64,000 bases of DNA from Chiloscyllium plagiosum. Taxonomy: Eukaryota. The notes under the pieces are model-generated. The model was not told the origin of the DNA. It did no database searches and saw only the letters and a program-made list of their open reading frames with translations. Of this stretch, positions 46,480 through 58,324 are shown piece after piece (position 1 is the stretch's first letter; the number at the start of each line of letters is the position of its first letter). A program made the position numbers and the translations under genes. The stretch spans positions 83,864,924-83,928,923 of the forward strand of contig NC_057718.1 of assembly GCF_004010195.1 (NCBI RefSeq), in the 5' to 3' direction.

Positions 46480-48632
46480 TGTGGTATGTTTCAGATGAAG
46501 CAGTTGAAGCTCCATCTGCCCTGTCAGTTGGACATCGATGGTCTAATGATATCATCTTGCAGAGAAGCAGGGGCGATATCTCTGGTACTTTGGGCAATAT
46601 TTATTCCTCCAGTAACAACACAAAAAGACTTTATCTTGTCATTATCATATTGCTGTTTTTGGGAGCTTACAGTGTAGAAATTGGGACATTTCAACATGAC
46701 AACATTCACTAAAATTCCAAAACAAATGTAGGGTATAGACAGGATAGATCGAGTGAATCCTTAGAAGAGTTCAAAGGAAGTAGGAGTATACTTAAGAGGG
46801 AATTCAGGTGGGCAAAAAGGGGACATGAGATAGCTTTGGCAAATAGAATTAATGAGTATTTTGCATCAGTATTTACTGTGGAAAAGGATATGGAAGATAT
46901 AGACTGGAGGGAAATAGATGGTGACATCTTGCAAAATGTCCATATTACAGAGGAGGAAGTGCTGGGTGTCTTTAATGCATAAAAGTAGAAAAATCCCTAG
47001 GGCCTGATCAGGTGTACCCTAGAACTCTGGGAAGCTAGAGAAGTGATTGCTGGGCCTCTTGCTGAGATATTTGTATCATTGATAGTCACAGGTGAGGTGC
47101 TGAAAAACTGGAGGTTGGCAAATGTGGTGCCACTGTTTAAGAAAGGTGGTAAGGACAAGCCAGGGAACTATAGACCAGTTAGCCCGACATCTGTGGTGGG
47201 CAAGTTGTTGGAGGGAATCCTGAGGGACAGGGTGTACCTGTATTTGGAAAGTCAAGGACTGATTAGGGATAGTCAACATGGCTTTGTGTGTGGGAAATCA
47301 TGTCTCACCATCTTGATTGAGTTTTTTGAGGAAGTAACAAAGAAGATTGATGAGGGCAGAGTGGTAGATGTGATCTATATGGACTTCAGCAAGGCGTTCG
47401 ACAAGGCTCCCCATGGCAGACTGATTAGCAAGGTTAGATGTCACTGAATACAGGGAGGACTAGCCATTTGGATACAGAACTGGCTCAAAGGTAGTGGTGG
47501 AGGGAGGGTTGTCCTTCAGACTGGAGGCCTGTGACCAGTGGAGTGCCACAAGGATCGGTGCTGGGTCCTCTACTTTTTGTCATTTACATAAATGATATGG
47601 ATCTGAGCATAAGAGGTACAGTTAGTAAGTTTGCAGATGACACCAAAATTGGAGGTGTAGTGGACAGCGAAGAGGTTTACCTCAGATTACAATTGGATCT
47701 TGTCCAGATGGGCCAATGGGCTGAGACATGGCAGATGGAGTTTAATTCAGATAAATGCGAGGTACTGCATTTTGGGAAAGCAAATCTTAGCAGGACTTAT
47801 ACACTTAATGGTAAGGTCCGAGGGAGTGTTGTTGAACAAAGAGAGCTTGGAGTGCAGGTTCATAGCTCCTTGAAAATGGAGTCGCAGGTAGATAGGATAG
47901 TGAAGAAGGCGGTTTGGTATGCTTTCCTTTTATTATTCAGAGTATTGAGGACAGAAGTTGGGAAGTCATGTTGTTGCTGTACAGGACATTGGTTAGGCCA
48001 CTGTTGGAATATTGCTTGCAATTCTGGTCTCCTTCCTATCAGAAAGATGTTGTGAAACTTGAAAGGGTTCAGAAAAGATTTACAAGGATATTGCCAGGTT
48101 TGAAAGATTTGAGCTATAGAGAGAGGCTGTACTGTTTTCCCTGGAACGTCGAAGGCTGAGGGGTGACATTATAGAGGTTTACAAAATTATGAGCTACATG
48201 GATAAGGTAAATAGGCAAAGTCTTTTCCCTGGGGTGGGGGAGTCCAGAACTAGAGGGCATAGGTTTAAGGTGAGAGGGGAAAGATATAAAAGAGACCTAC
48301 GGGGCAATTTTTTCACACAGAGGGTGGTACGTGTTTGGAATGAGCTGCCAGAGGAAGTGGTGGGGGTTGGTACCATTGCAACATTTGAAAGGCATTTGGA
48401 TGGGTATATGAATAGGAAGGGTTTGGAGGAACATGGGCCGGGTGCTGGCAGGTGGGACTAGATTGGGTTGGGATATCTGGTCGGCATGGATGGGTTGGAC
48501 CGAAGGGTCTGTTTCCATGCTGTATATCTGTGTCTCTATGACTCTAAATACTTAATAGACTGCAAAATACTTTGATAGATCCAGTGGTTAGGGTAAAGTT
48601 GTGAAAGATGCTATACAAATGCACATCTATCT
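46480..48632 (+). mobile_element. Deu-domain SINE (46480-46727 and 48546-48632) split by a CR1 insertion
   Basis: Deu-like core gggcaatatttattcctcca...ttatcttgtcattatcatattgctgtttttgggagctt; the tail gtgaaagatgctatacaaatgca resumes after the CR1. Confidence 0.6.
46728..48545 (+). mobile_element. Relatively young 5'-truncated CR1 LINE (RT and 3' tail)
   Basis: ORFs 47043-47447 and 47531-48055 read NYRPVSPTSVVGKLLE, SQHGFV.GKSCLT, DFSKAFDK, GVPQGSVLGPLLFVIYIND, SKFADDTK. Tail ends ctctatgactct. A premature stop (47445) and frameshifts make it non-functional. Confidence 0.92.
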
Positions 48633-48934
48633 TGTTAACACCACCCTTGTAATAGGGTTTTGATTCGTGTCCTCAGCAGTTTGATGTCATCTTTCAACCT
48701 TGAGGTTAGCTATAGTTTTGTCTGAATTAGACTAAAATTTTTGGTTATTTGGTTCGATTTTTACTTGCATTATTGATTCATCTGGCTTGTTCTTAAAGTA
48801 AAATTTTGATAGTGATTCCACTTGTAGAAAGCTTTAAGTTGACGCACATTATCCTTTGATTGTAATTCCTTGTATAAAATAGTTTTGAGTATCATTGGCA
48901 AGTTGAAATGTAATCTGGCAGGAGTATCAGACTT

Positions 48935-49330
48935 GATTCAGTGGTCATGCTTTTACTTCTGGAGTGGGCTTGTAAGTATAACTTTCTGAAACTCACATTT
49001 GACCTCTCTGTTCTGGCTGACACTCCTATGTAGTATAGAGGCCATCTTTTCATTGAACTACTAAGCCAAGGCCTTGAATTTGATAGAAATTTAATAGGAA
49101 TCTCCTGGTGTCTTGACCAACGTATATCTCTCATCCAAAATCACTAAAAAAAAATTAGTGTATCTGGTCATTGATCTCATGGCTGTTTGTTGGATCTTGC
49201 AGTCTGAAAACTAGCTCTTGTGTTTGGCTACATTGGAACACTGATTACATTTCAGTAGTAAAACAGTTGGCTGTAAAATGCTTGGAGATGTTCTCTTGTC
49301 ATTAAAACGCTATATATCTCTAAATCTTTT
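48935..49330 (+). mobile_element. Deu-domain SINE (SacSINE1/AmnSINE-like)
   Basis: ctcctggtgtcttgaccaac...atcactaaaa...tatctggtcattgatctcatggctgtttgttggatcttgc...ttggctgtaaaatgcttgg...aaaacgctatata. Confidence 0.65.
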
Positions 49331-49609
49331 CACTTTATTTACTGAAGATAATTTATCAGAATTTCCATGCAAGGCTGAAACACTGAAGTTTCCCACTCTT
49401 TGCTCTGAGTTTTATGTGAGCTATGGCTAATTTGGTATCAGATTCTCTTCTGCATAAAAAGGTTACATATAATGTTGGAGCTGGAGTCTTTCAGTTTTTT
49501 TTAATTCCTTCATGGACGTGGGAGTCACTTGCTATGCTACCATGTTATTATGTATTCAGCACAGCCAAACCATTTCTCATTCGTACTTCTGCTTATCTGT
49601 TATTCACCT

Positions 49610-50039
49610 TTTCTTCTGCCTTGGCCTGCTATTCATCGCCAGACCATAGCAACACGACGGCTGGAGGAAGAGTGCCTCATCTTCCGCCTCGGAACCCTCC
49701 AACCACAAGGGATGAACTCAGATTTCTCTAGTTTCCTCATTTCCCCTCCCCCCACCTTGTCTCAGTCAAATCCCTCAAACTCAACACCGCCTTCCTAACC
49801 TGCAATCTTCTTCCTGATCTCTCCGCCCCACCCCCACTCCGGCGTATCACCCTCACCTTGACCTCCTTCCACCTATCACATTTCCAACACCCTCCCCCAA
49901 GTCCCTCCTCCCTACCTTTTATCTTAGCCTGCTGGACACACTTTCCTCATTACTGAAGAAGGGCTATGCCCGAAACGTCGATTTTCCTGTTCCTTGGATG
50001 CTGCCTGACCTGTGCTTTTCCAGCAACACATTTTCAGCT
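49610..50039 (+). mobile_element. PLE family A 3' end with hammerhead motif (49953-49979)
   Basis: Reads RRLEEECLIFRLGTLQPQGMNSDFSSF (PLE ORF C-terminus); CTGAAGA-gggc tat gccc-GAAAcGTC. Confidence 0.85.
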
Positions 50040-50067
50040 GTTATTCAGTTGTTTACTTATGCAATTC

Positions 50068-50198
50068 GTCTCTCTCTCTATCTGTCTGTCTCTGTCTGTC
50101 TGTCTGTNNNNNNNNNNNNNNNNNNNNNNNNNNNNNCCCACTTCTCTCTCTCACTCACTCACTCACACACACAGACACACACAGACACACACACACAC
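50068..50198. repeat. CT/CA microsatellite around an N-gap (50108-50136)
   Basis: Direct reading of the sequence. Confidence 0.9.
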
Positions 50199-50219
50199 CT
50201 TCAAGCAGAGGGTTGCATT

Positions 50220-51007
50220 TCAGAATAGACACCTGTGACCACTGGTATGCCACAATGTTTGGTGCTGGGTCCACTCCTTTCTGTCATTTGTACAAATGAT
50301 TTGGATGCAAATGCAAATGTAGGAGGGAGGGTTAGTAAGATTGGAGGTGTAGTAGACAGCAAAGAAGGTTATCTCTTACTACAAGGGGACCTTGATCAGA
50401 TAGGCTGAGGAGTGACAGATGGAGTTTAATTTAGATAAATGTGAGGTGCTGAATTTTGGAAAGGCAAATGAGGGCAGAACTTGCACACTTAATGGTAAGG
50501 TCCAAGGGAGTATTGCTGAAAAAGAGACCTTGGAGTACAGGTTCATAGCTCCTTGAAAGTGGAGTCCCAGGTAGATAGGATCGTGGAGAAGGCACGTGAT
50601 ATGCTTTCCTGAATTGGTCAGTGCATTGAGTATAGGAGTTGCGGGGTCATGTTGCGACTATACAGGACATTGGTTTGACCACTTTTGGAATACTGCATTC
50701 AGTTCTGGTCTCCCTACTCAATGAAGGATGCTGTGCAACTTGACAGGGTTCAAAAAAGATTTACAGGGATGTTGCCAGCGTTGGAGGGTTTGAGCTACAG
50801 AGAGAGGCTGCATAGTCTGGGGCTGTTTTCCCTGGAGCATTGGAAACTGAGGGGTGACCTTTATAAAGGTTTATAAAGTCATGAGGGAAATAGATAGTGT
50901 GAATAGCTAATTCTCTTTGCCCCAGGGTCGGGGAGTCCAAAACTAGAAAGCATAGGTTTAATGTGAGAGGGGAAATTATTGAAAGGGACCGAAGGGGCAA
51001 CTTTTCC
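50220..51007 (+). mobile_element. CR1 RT 3' fragment
   Basis: ORF 50685-50876 reads EYCIQFWSPY..KD..QLDRVQKRFT.MLP.LEGLSYRERL. Confidence 0.85.
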
Positions 51008-51013
51008 TCTGTC

Positions 51014-51963
51014 TGCTCATTCCATACACTCACCACCCTCTGCATGAAAAAGTTGCACCTTAGGTCCCTTTTAAATCTTTTCCCTCTGACTTTAAAACCG
51101 ATGCCCTCCAGTTTTGGACTCCCCTACCCTGGGAAAAAAATATTGTCTATTTACCCTATCCATGCCCTCATCATTCTTTTTCAATTTCTGTACAGGCACC
51201 CCTCAGCCTCTGACACTCCAATGAAGATAGCCCCAGTCAATTCAGCCATTACCTGTCGCTCAAACCAACCCTGGCAACGTTCTTGTAAATTGCTTCTGAG
51301 CCCTTTCAAGTTTCATAACATCCATTCTTTTGGAGGAAGACCAGAATTGCCCACAGTAAACCAATAAAGGCAAGCATTCCAAATGCTACCCTCACTATCC
51401 TGTATACTGCATCTCCACTTTCAAGGAACTATGAGCCTGCACTCCATTGTCTCTTTGTTCAGCTGCACTCCCCAGGACCTTAGCATTAAGTCTATATATT
51501 TTCTGCTTTGATTTGCTTTTCCAAAATGCAGCACCTCACATTTATTTAAATTAAATTCCACATGCCACTCTTCAGCCATTGGCCCATCTGATCAAGGTCC
51601 CGTGGTACTCTGAGGGAACCTTCTTCGCTGTCCATTGCAGCACCAGTTTTGGTGTCTTCTGCAATCTTATTAATTGCACCTCCTATGTTCACATCCAAAT
51701 CATTTATGTAAATGATGAAAAGCAGTGGACCCAGCACCGACCCTTGTGGCACAACACTGGTCACAGGTCTCCAGTCTGAAAAGCATCCCTCCACCATTAA
51801 CCTCTGTCTTCTACCTTTTGAGCCAGTTCTGTATCCAAATGGCTTGTTCTTCCTACGTTCCATGTAATCTAACCTTGCTAACCAGTCTCCCATGAGGAAC
51901 CTTGTCAAATGCCTTGCTGAAGTCCATGTAGATCACATCCATTGCTCTGCCCTCATCAATCTT
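51014..51963 (-). mobile_element. CR1 RT 3' fragment, inverted relative to the previous copy
   Basis: ORF 51546-51908(-) reads RRQRLMVEGCFSDWRPVTSVVPQGSVLGPLLFIIYINDLD. Confidence 0.85.
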
Positions 51964-52356
51964 GTTTGGTTTGTCCTGGTGTTTTTGAAATCTTGCAATT
52001 GTTGATAAAGACCACTTAGCTAATTTTTGCCCATTTCCTGAACGTGTAATACTCCAGTTATATTTGGGTTCAGAGTATCAGCTCATTTTATACTTGACTT
52101 CTCGTTACTTCTTCAGCTAAAGTACTATTAACACTGACGCATCCTTTTTGCTGTAACTTCATATACTTTTGAACCAGCAGTGATTCTACATTGTTTCAGG
52201 AGTGGTGAGATAAAGGTTGAATGTATGGCAAATATTGGCTCAAATCCAGGGATCTCAAATTCTAAATTCCAAATTGCAATGCCAGTTATCCAAAAGGAAA
52301 GTGTCTTTATTCTAGAGAACCATTCTCATCCTTGGTTCGTTCTTTTTGCCTTGCAG

Positions 52357-52464
52357 CTGTTGATTTTCTCAACCACTCCCACATATAAACTTTACGACAT
52401 TGACCCATTTAACTTGATGAAAAAGGTTATCTTCATTCCAAACATTTCCAAAGTATTCACTCAA
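52357..52464 (+). CDS. Candidate 108-nt phase-0 exon (LLIFSTTPTYKLYDIDPFNLMKKVIFIPNISKVFTQ)
   Basis: Strong acceptor gttctttttgccttgcag, one open frame, moderate donor CAA/gtaaat. Confidence 0.15.
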
Positions 52465-52594
52465 GTAAATAAGAGTTTACTTGGAACCTAACTGCCACCA
52501 CTACCATTGTCACATGTGACTTCGACACACGTAAAGCTGAGTATTGCCAAATCATCCTGGAATGTAAAGACTAACCTGCAGCACTTCTTTGGGC

Positions 52595-52699
52595 TGTCTG
52601 TCACTCTCTCTCTCGCCTTCCTTCAATATCTGTCAGTTTTTATCTGTCTATCTTTCTCTCTCTGTGTGTCTCTCTCTCTCCTCTCTCTCTTTCTCCTTC

Positions 52700-52744
<45 letters not shown>

Positions 52745-53887
52745 CCCCTCCCCCCATGCGCTTTCTCTTCAGTCTCGTGCGTGCTGTCTCTCGCTCTCTC
52801 TCTCTGTCTCTCTCTCTCTGTCTCTCACTCTCCCATGCGCTTTCTATTCAGTCTCGTGCGTGCTGACAGTCTCTCTCTGGCTCTCTCTCTCTCGCTCTCT
52901 CTGTCTCTATCTATACATCTTTGGAAAAGCAAATCTGTCTCTATCTGTATATATCTCACTCTCTTTCTATTTATCTATATATATTATATATGTGTGTATA
53001 TATATAAAACTCTCTGCCTCTATTTCTCTGTTTCTCTATCTCTCTTGTGCGCTTTCTCTTCAGTCTCGTGCTCTCTCTCTGTCTCTCTCTCTCTCCGTCT
53101 CTGTCTTGTGTGCTCTTCAGTCCCGTGCTCTCTATCTCTCTACCTCTGTCTTTCTCTCTCTGTCTCTCACTCTCTCTCTACCNNNNNNNNNNNNNNNNNN
53201 NNNNNNNNNNNNNNNNNNNNNNNNNNNNNNNNNNNNNNNNNNNNNNNNNNNNNNNNNNNNNNNNNNNNNNNNNNNNNNNNNNNNNNNNNNNNNNNNNNNN
53301 NNNNNNNNNNNNNNNNNNNNNNNNNNNNNNNNNNNNNNNNNNNNNNNNNNNNNNNNNNNNNNNNNNNNNNNNNNNNNNNNNNNNNNNNNNNNNNNNNNNN
53401 NNNNNNNNNNNNNNNNNNNNNNNNNNNNNNNNNNNNNNNNNNNNNNNNNNNNNNNNNNNNNNNNNNNNNNNNNNNNNNNNNNNNNNNNNNNNNNNNNNNN
53501 NNNNNNNNNNNNNNNNNNNNNNNNNNNNNNNNNNNNNNNNNNNNNNNNNNNNNNNNNNNNNNNNNNNNNNNNNNNNNNNNNNNNNNNNNNNNNNNNNNNN
53601 NNNNNNNNNNNNNNNNNNNNNNNNNNNNNNNNNNNNNNNNNNNNNNNNNNNNNNNNNNNNNNNNNNNNNNNNNNNNNNNNNNNNNNNNNNNNNNNNNNNN
53701 NNNNNNNNNNNNNNNNNNNNNNNNNNNNNNNNNNNNNNNNNNNNNNNNNNNNNNNNNNNNNNNNNNNNNNNNNNNNNNNNNNACCGCGCTCTCTCTCTCT
53801 CTACCGCTCTCGTGCCACCGCTCTCGTGTCCCCTCTCTCGTGCCCTCTCTGTCACGCTCGTGCTCTCTCTGTCTCTGTCTCTCTCTT
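52595..53887. repeat. (CT)n-rich microsatellite/minisatellite with a 600-nt N-gap (53183-53782)
   Basis: CT runs with a recurring unit tgcgctttctcttcagtctcgtgc. Confidence 0.9.
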
Positions 53888-54026
53888 GGAAACTAAACTA
53901 AGCAGAATTTTCCATCTATAATGTTCTAAAAATATTTTAAGTCACGGTTTTATAATTCTAACCCTTTATGAAAGGGTTTGGAGGAGAGGCTGCTATTACA
54001 TATTTAGGTCTGCATTGGCAGCAATA

Positions 54027-54826
54027 CAGTATGAGAGGTTTTAAATTTCCCAGCCCCTCTACACTATGACTGAAGATCCTGGAAAACAACCTTTCTCTGT
54101 GATCCTTTTGCTCCTCTCTGCCACTCAGACTATTTTCCAAGGGGAGTGTGGCCTCATTTCTCCTATTGAAGTGTACCGTGATATTCTAACACGATTGAAT
54201 GTCACCTGCTAATGATATGCCCATTCTGCAAGTTCCCTTCTTGAGATTCTTACATGCCTGATGCAACTGCAATACGCCAATTTCTGTGAATATCCATGAT
54301 TTACTTAAGCAAGTACAAGCTTTTGGAGGATCACTTAATACACAGTCCTCCCTTTACACAGGGTTTTCCATCAATCAGTCATGCACGCAAGACACAACCC
54401 CCTACCACTCCCCCATAGTCACGTGCCAACCAAAAACCATGTAAAGTGATTAGATTATGTCTCAAAACAATGTGTGATTCGGTTATTCCTCAAACTGCAA
54501 CATTTACAGAGTATGATTAGATAGTCACGTCCTGCCTGTAAGACAGAGACCCTCCTCCCGGACATCCACTTTCTTACATGTCAACAGAACAAATTAACCC
54601 TTTAACATCTCATTCAGTGTGAGAGGTTTTTACATTTCCCAGCCCCTCTGTACACTGTGACTGAAGATCCTCAATAACAACTTTTCTCCATGACCTTTTT
54701 GTTCCTCTCTACCATTGACTGTTTTCCAAGAGGAGTGTGGCCTCCTTATTTCTCCTATTAAAGTATACCGTGATATTCTAACTCTGTTGAAAATCACCTG
54801 CCAATGATATGCTCATTCTGAAAGTT
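54027..54826 (+). repeat. ~210-bp direct repeats (54027-54234 and 54615-54826) flanking an LTR-like element
   Basis: Both copies read cagt.tgagaggtttt...ttcccagcccctct...ttttccaag.ggagtgtggcctc...aatgatatgc.cattctg.aagtt. Confidence 0.85.
54232..54612 (-). mobile_element. Solo LTR-like element (same family as 26627-27054)
   Basis: Shares gttcccttcttga...gaacaaattaaccctttaacatctca with 26627-27054. Confidence 0.6.
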
Positions 54827-55414
54827 TATTGCAGTTGATATTGTGTTTTAGTATTCTATGTTTCAGATATGAAGAAGAATTTTAAACTTAACAGGGAAAG
54901 GTGGACATATCTTATGCAAAGACAAACTTATTTATCTCCTGTTACAGCAAATCTGAAGTCTCATCTCAACTCTGATTCTTCTTTTTACCACCCGAATTAT
55001 CTTGGGGGAATTCAATTGTAATTTCTTTTAAGTTGTATTAAAACATGATTTTTGCCATAAGTCTCCGTATTTAGTGACGCTGATAACATACTGTGGCACA
55101 AAATTTATGAGCAAAGGGAGTGGTCAATAAAACGACTGGATTATATTGTCGGTTATGCTTAAGCATATTTGTCATTTTCTGTTATGTTGTGTACTTCAGT
55201 ATAACAGAAAAGGACTTTTGAGTCTGTGGCTGCATGTTGTGCTGAATATCTGATCATTCGAAGATTGAGTTGACAAATAGGGTAAATATTAAAACTTCAA
55301 CATTTTAAAGTATCACAGTTTTCCTAATGATACAATGTTCCAAGTTTAATTTAACTTGACACGTGTCTGATTGATTAACTTTACTGGCCAGAATAAGCCA
55401 TTTTGCGCTACGCC

Positions 55415-55675
55415 AGTTAATAGCACTGACGAGTTAAAAGATTGTGAGTCAAGTCCAATTCAAGAGATTTAAGCACAGAATTGGATACACTACCAAGGGA
55501 ATGTTTGTACTGTCCTTCAGATGAAATGTTCTGTTTGCTGTCTCAGGTGAGCATTAAAGGTCCCCTCGCATTGTTGCTGGAAGAACCAGTAAGTTATGTA
55601 GTCCAATATTTATCCTTTAGTTAATATAGTTAAACCAGATTATCATCATTTCCTCATTAATATCTGTGGTAGATA
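55415..55675 (+). mobile_element. Deu-domain SINE remnant
   Basis: tgtccttcagatgaaatgtt...tctcaggtgagcattaaaggtccc...ccaatatttatcctt...accagattatc. Confidence 0.5.
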
Positions 55676-56479
55676 GTTTTGTTGGGAGCAGCTATGGGAA
55701 TGGACAGACCTGTGAAGGAATTGGCTGCAATGGTTTTAGAAAGTCTTGAGTCTCGAGGCTCTCCAAACCAGTTGAGAGCAATAATAGAAGTGTGTGAAAT
55801 TTGTTTTTAAATCAAGTTTGAAAAAACAAGCAAGTCTAAGTATCACCTAAGTATACCTTTGCTACTATCATAAAAAAGCATTTGACTGATTGGCTAGTGA
55901 GTGTTTTTCTTGTTTTCTCCCTGAGGTAGAGCTTCAGTTTGAACTAGGAGCCTGGACAGCAAATACCAATAAATATTGCCAAATTGGGTCATTATGCAAC
56001 AATAATGGTTGTGATGTGCTGACAGTCTCCCTTCCTCTGGGCCAAAATGTCCGGTTGCAAGATCCATCTACCCCGGAGATATCAAAACTTGTCCAAATTA
56101 ATGAAAAATAATTATTTTAATGTGTAAAGACATGTGTCTGGTAAACAGGGGCTGCTGAGGTCTCAGGCTAAAATCTGGTTTCAAATCCCATCTGTGTCAG
56201 AGATATGTCATAACATGTATGTCATAACATGTCTGAATAGGTTAATTAAAATAACTTTAAAAAATGCAAGGTTATTGTCTGGATTAATAACTGTAAATAA
56301 ACCAAGCTTGTAAACCTTTTTAGTCGAAGAAAATGGCATATGAATGGCAGGGCAGGTGATGTGTTGCAGCTGTTACATATTGAGTTGATTTGATATCTGT
56401 GTGATCCATAACAACATATCAGTAAATGTCTGCAGCTAGAGTTTATGACTTTGTATCTGAACTCTGGACAGTGTGACAT

Positions 56480-57335
56480 TTCAGGGAATGTGAAAGTTAC
56501 CTGAACACTTTATTGCAGGAAGCAGTTGCATATCTTATGTCAAATACTTAAATGAGAGTTCGGAGAATGTGACAAGTGAAGCAGATATGAGGATTCAAAA
56601 GGTGACATTGAAAGAGCCCCTAGATCTTGCACACCTCCAACAGGTTAGTAGTATTTGCAATCTGGAATATGGCAGATAAGAATTGGCAGGCATTTAAGGG
56701 ACTGTCATATTTTTCATAAATATATTGAGAAAAGAAAAACTCGTGAAAGTGGAGGTACTGTTCATGACTAACTGAAAAACTTACAGATAGCAACAAATTG
56801 AAAGAAAATCTACGCAATTTGAAACTTCATGGTAGGCCAGAAGTTTAGGAAAGTGCTAGAAATCAACAAAAAATGGGATTTTTTCCTTTTCTTGTTAGGT
56901 GAGCAAGTGTGCACAAAATAGTAAAACAGGTAGTTGGTGCTTCTATGGTTATATTAAATAGGCAAGGAGTAGATGAAGAGAGTTTTACTGCCTTAGAGGA
57001 TGAGACTTGGAATTGTGATGAGAAGTGAGATGACAAGAAGTTTAAACAAGTATTTTCTGAACTGTTCAAAACAGAGTTACTAAAAGCATATAATAATCAT
57101 TAGTAAATGAAGGGTTAGAAGGGTGAAAGGAACATTGTGGGTGGGGAGAGACAGGAGAGATATTCGGGAAAACTAATAAAAGGAAGAGCTGACTGATATT
57201 ATAACTTGCATTACAGGATCTTGAAAAAAGTGGCTGCTGAGATTGTAGATGCATTCATGGTAATTTTATATAATTCCCTACTTTGTGGAACAGTCCCAGT
57301 GGGCATGAAAACTGCACATGTAACTCTTTATTCAA
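56480..57335 (+). mobile_element. Very old CR1 ORF2 remnant
   Basis: ORF 57206-57496 begins HYRILKKVAAEIVDAF..I.YNSL..GTVP..MK.AHVT. Confidence 0.55.
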
Positions 57336-58324
57336 ATAAGCACGTCTTCTTTTTGTGGGTTCGTACACTGGAAAGCAAGCCATGCTATTCCTTGAGTTAT
57401 GACAAAATTAAAGATTTTGAAGCAAATATACAAAATTCCCCAATTTACCCATTTTCAGACCCTGGTTCACAGATAGCACAGAAAAAGTTTCCATAATTAA
57501 CAAGAATTAGCATTTATCATAAGTAATTAGATTCTAGCTACAAGTGGACAGATATGAACGATTTGCATACAACTCTCCAAATTAAAAGTTTAATCTTTTC
57601 ATAAACTCACCCTTACACACACATACAGAGAGACAAAGAAAATTTGGTTATCGGCGAAGCAAAATTGGAATGCATTTCAGTAGTTCCTATTCATGATGAC
57701 CGTTGTGATTCTTATGCTGGCCAGTATGTTACTGTTCAGTTGTCTTTCTCTGGATGCTTCCATTGTTTTGCAAGAGACACAAGGTAGCTGGTTCACATAA
57801 AAACGAAGGGTCTTTGACTGACTCATCAATTAAAAGTCCCAGCTTATTACTACTGCTTAAAGAAAGATTTACTAGTTTTCTTTAGGTTTAAAAAATGAGT
57901 TTTGACTGCAGAGAGTGAGCTTTAGTGCTAGTGGAGTTTGGAACAGTTCTGTCTCTTGATCCCTACTTCAAGCTGTTCATTTACTGGAGACCTAATGTCT
58001 AAATACTAATGACTATCTGAGAGAGAGTATTCCTGATCATTTCTGTCTTAAGATCCATTTATTTTTCAACCGTACTCACTAGTTCTAGTTTCTCCCAGAT
58101 TCTGAGCATCAAAGGGAGAGAAAGATGAGTAGGTGAAGAGATGCTTAATGCTAAGTCAAGAAAGGACAAAAAAATTGGTAATTGGGGCCATAAGTAGGTA
58201 ATTCCTCTGAGGCTTCCTGTCGGTTTCAGAATTTCCAGTTCGTGGGCACTAGCTGCTTCCTCTCCACCATTGCAAAACAATTCCATAATACATCTATCCC
58301 CATAAAGATGGTTTGAGTGAGGGC

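Noticed and set aside
40785..48461. RT-like ORFs as active retrotransposase or host genes
   Set aside because: All are fragmented by stops and frameshifts and are 5'-truncated CR1 copies.
52507..53921. Longest ORFs in the track (225-435 aa)
   Set aside because: Artefacts of (CT)n microsatellite (Leu/Ser repeats) plus 600 Ns.
56204..56231. 14-bp tandem duplication tatgtcataacatg
   Set aside because: Simple slippage within an old SINE remnant.
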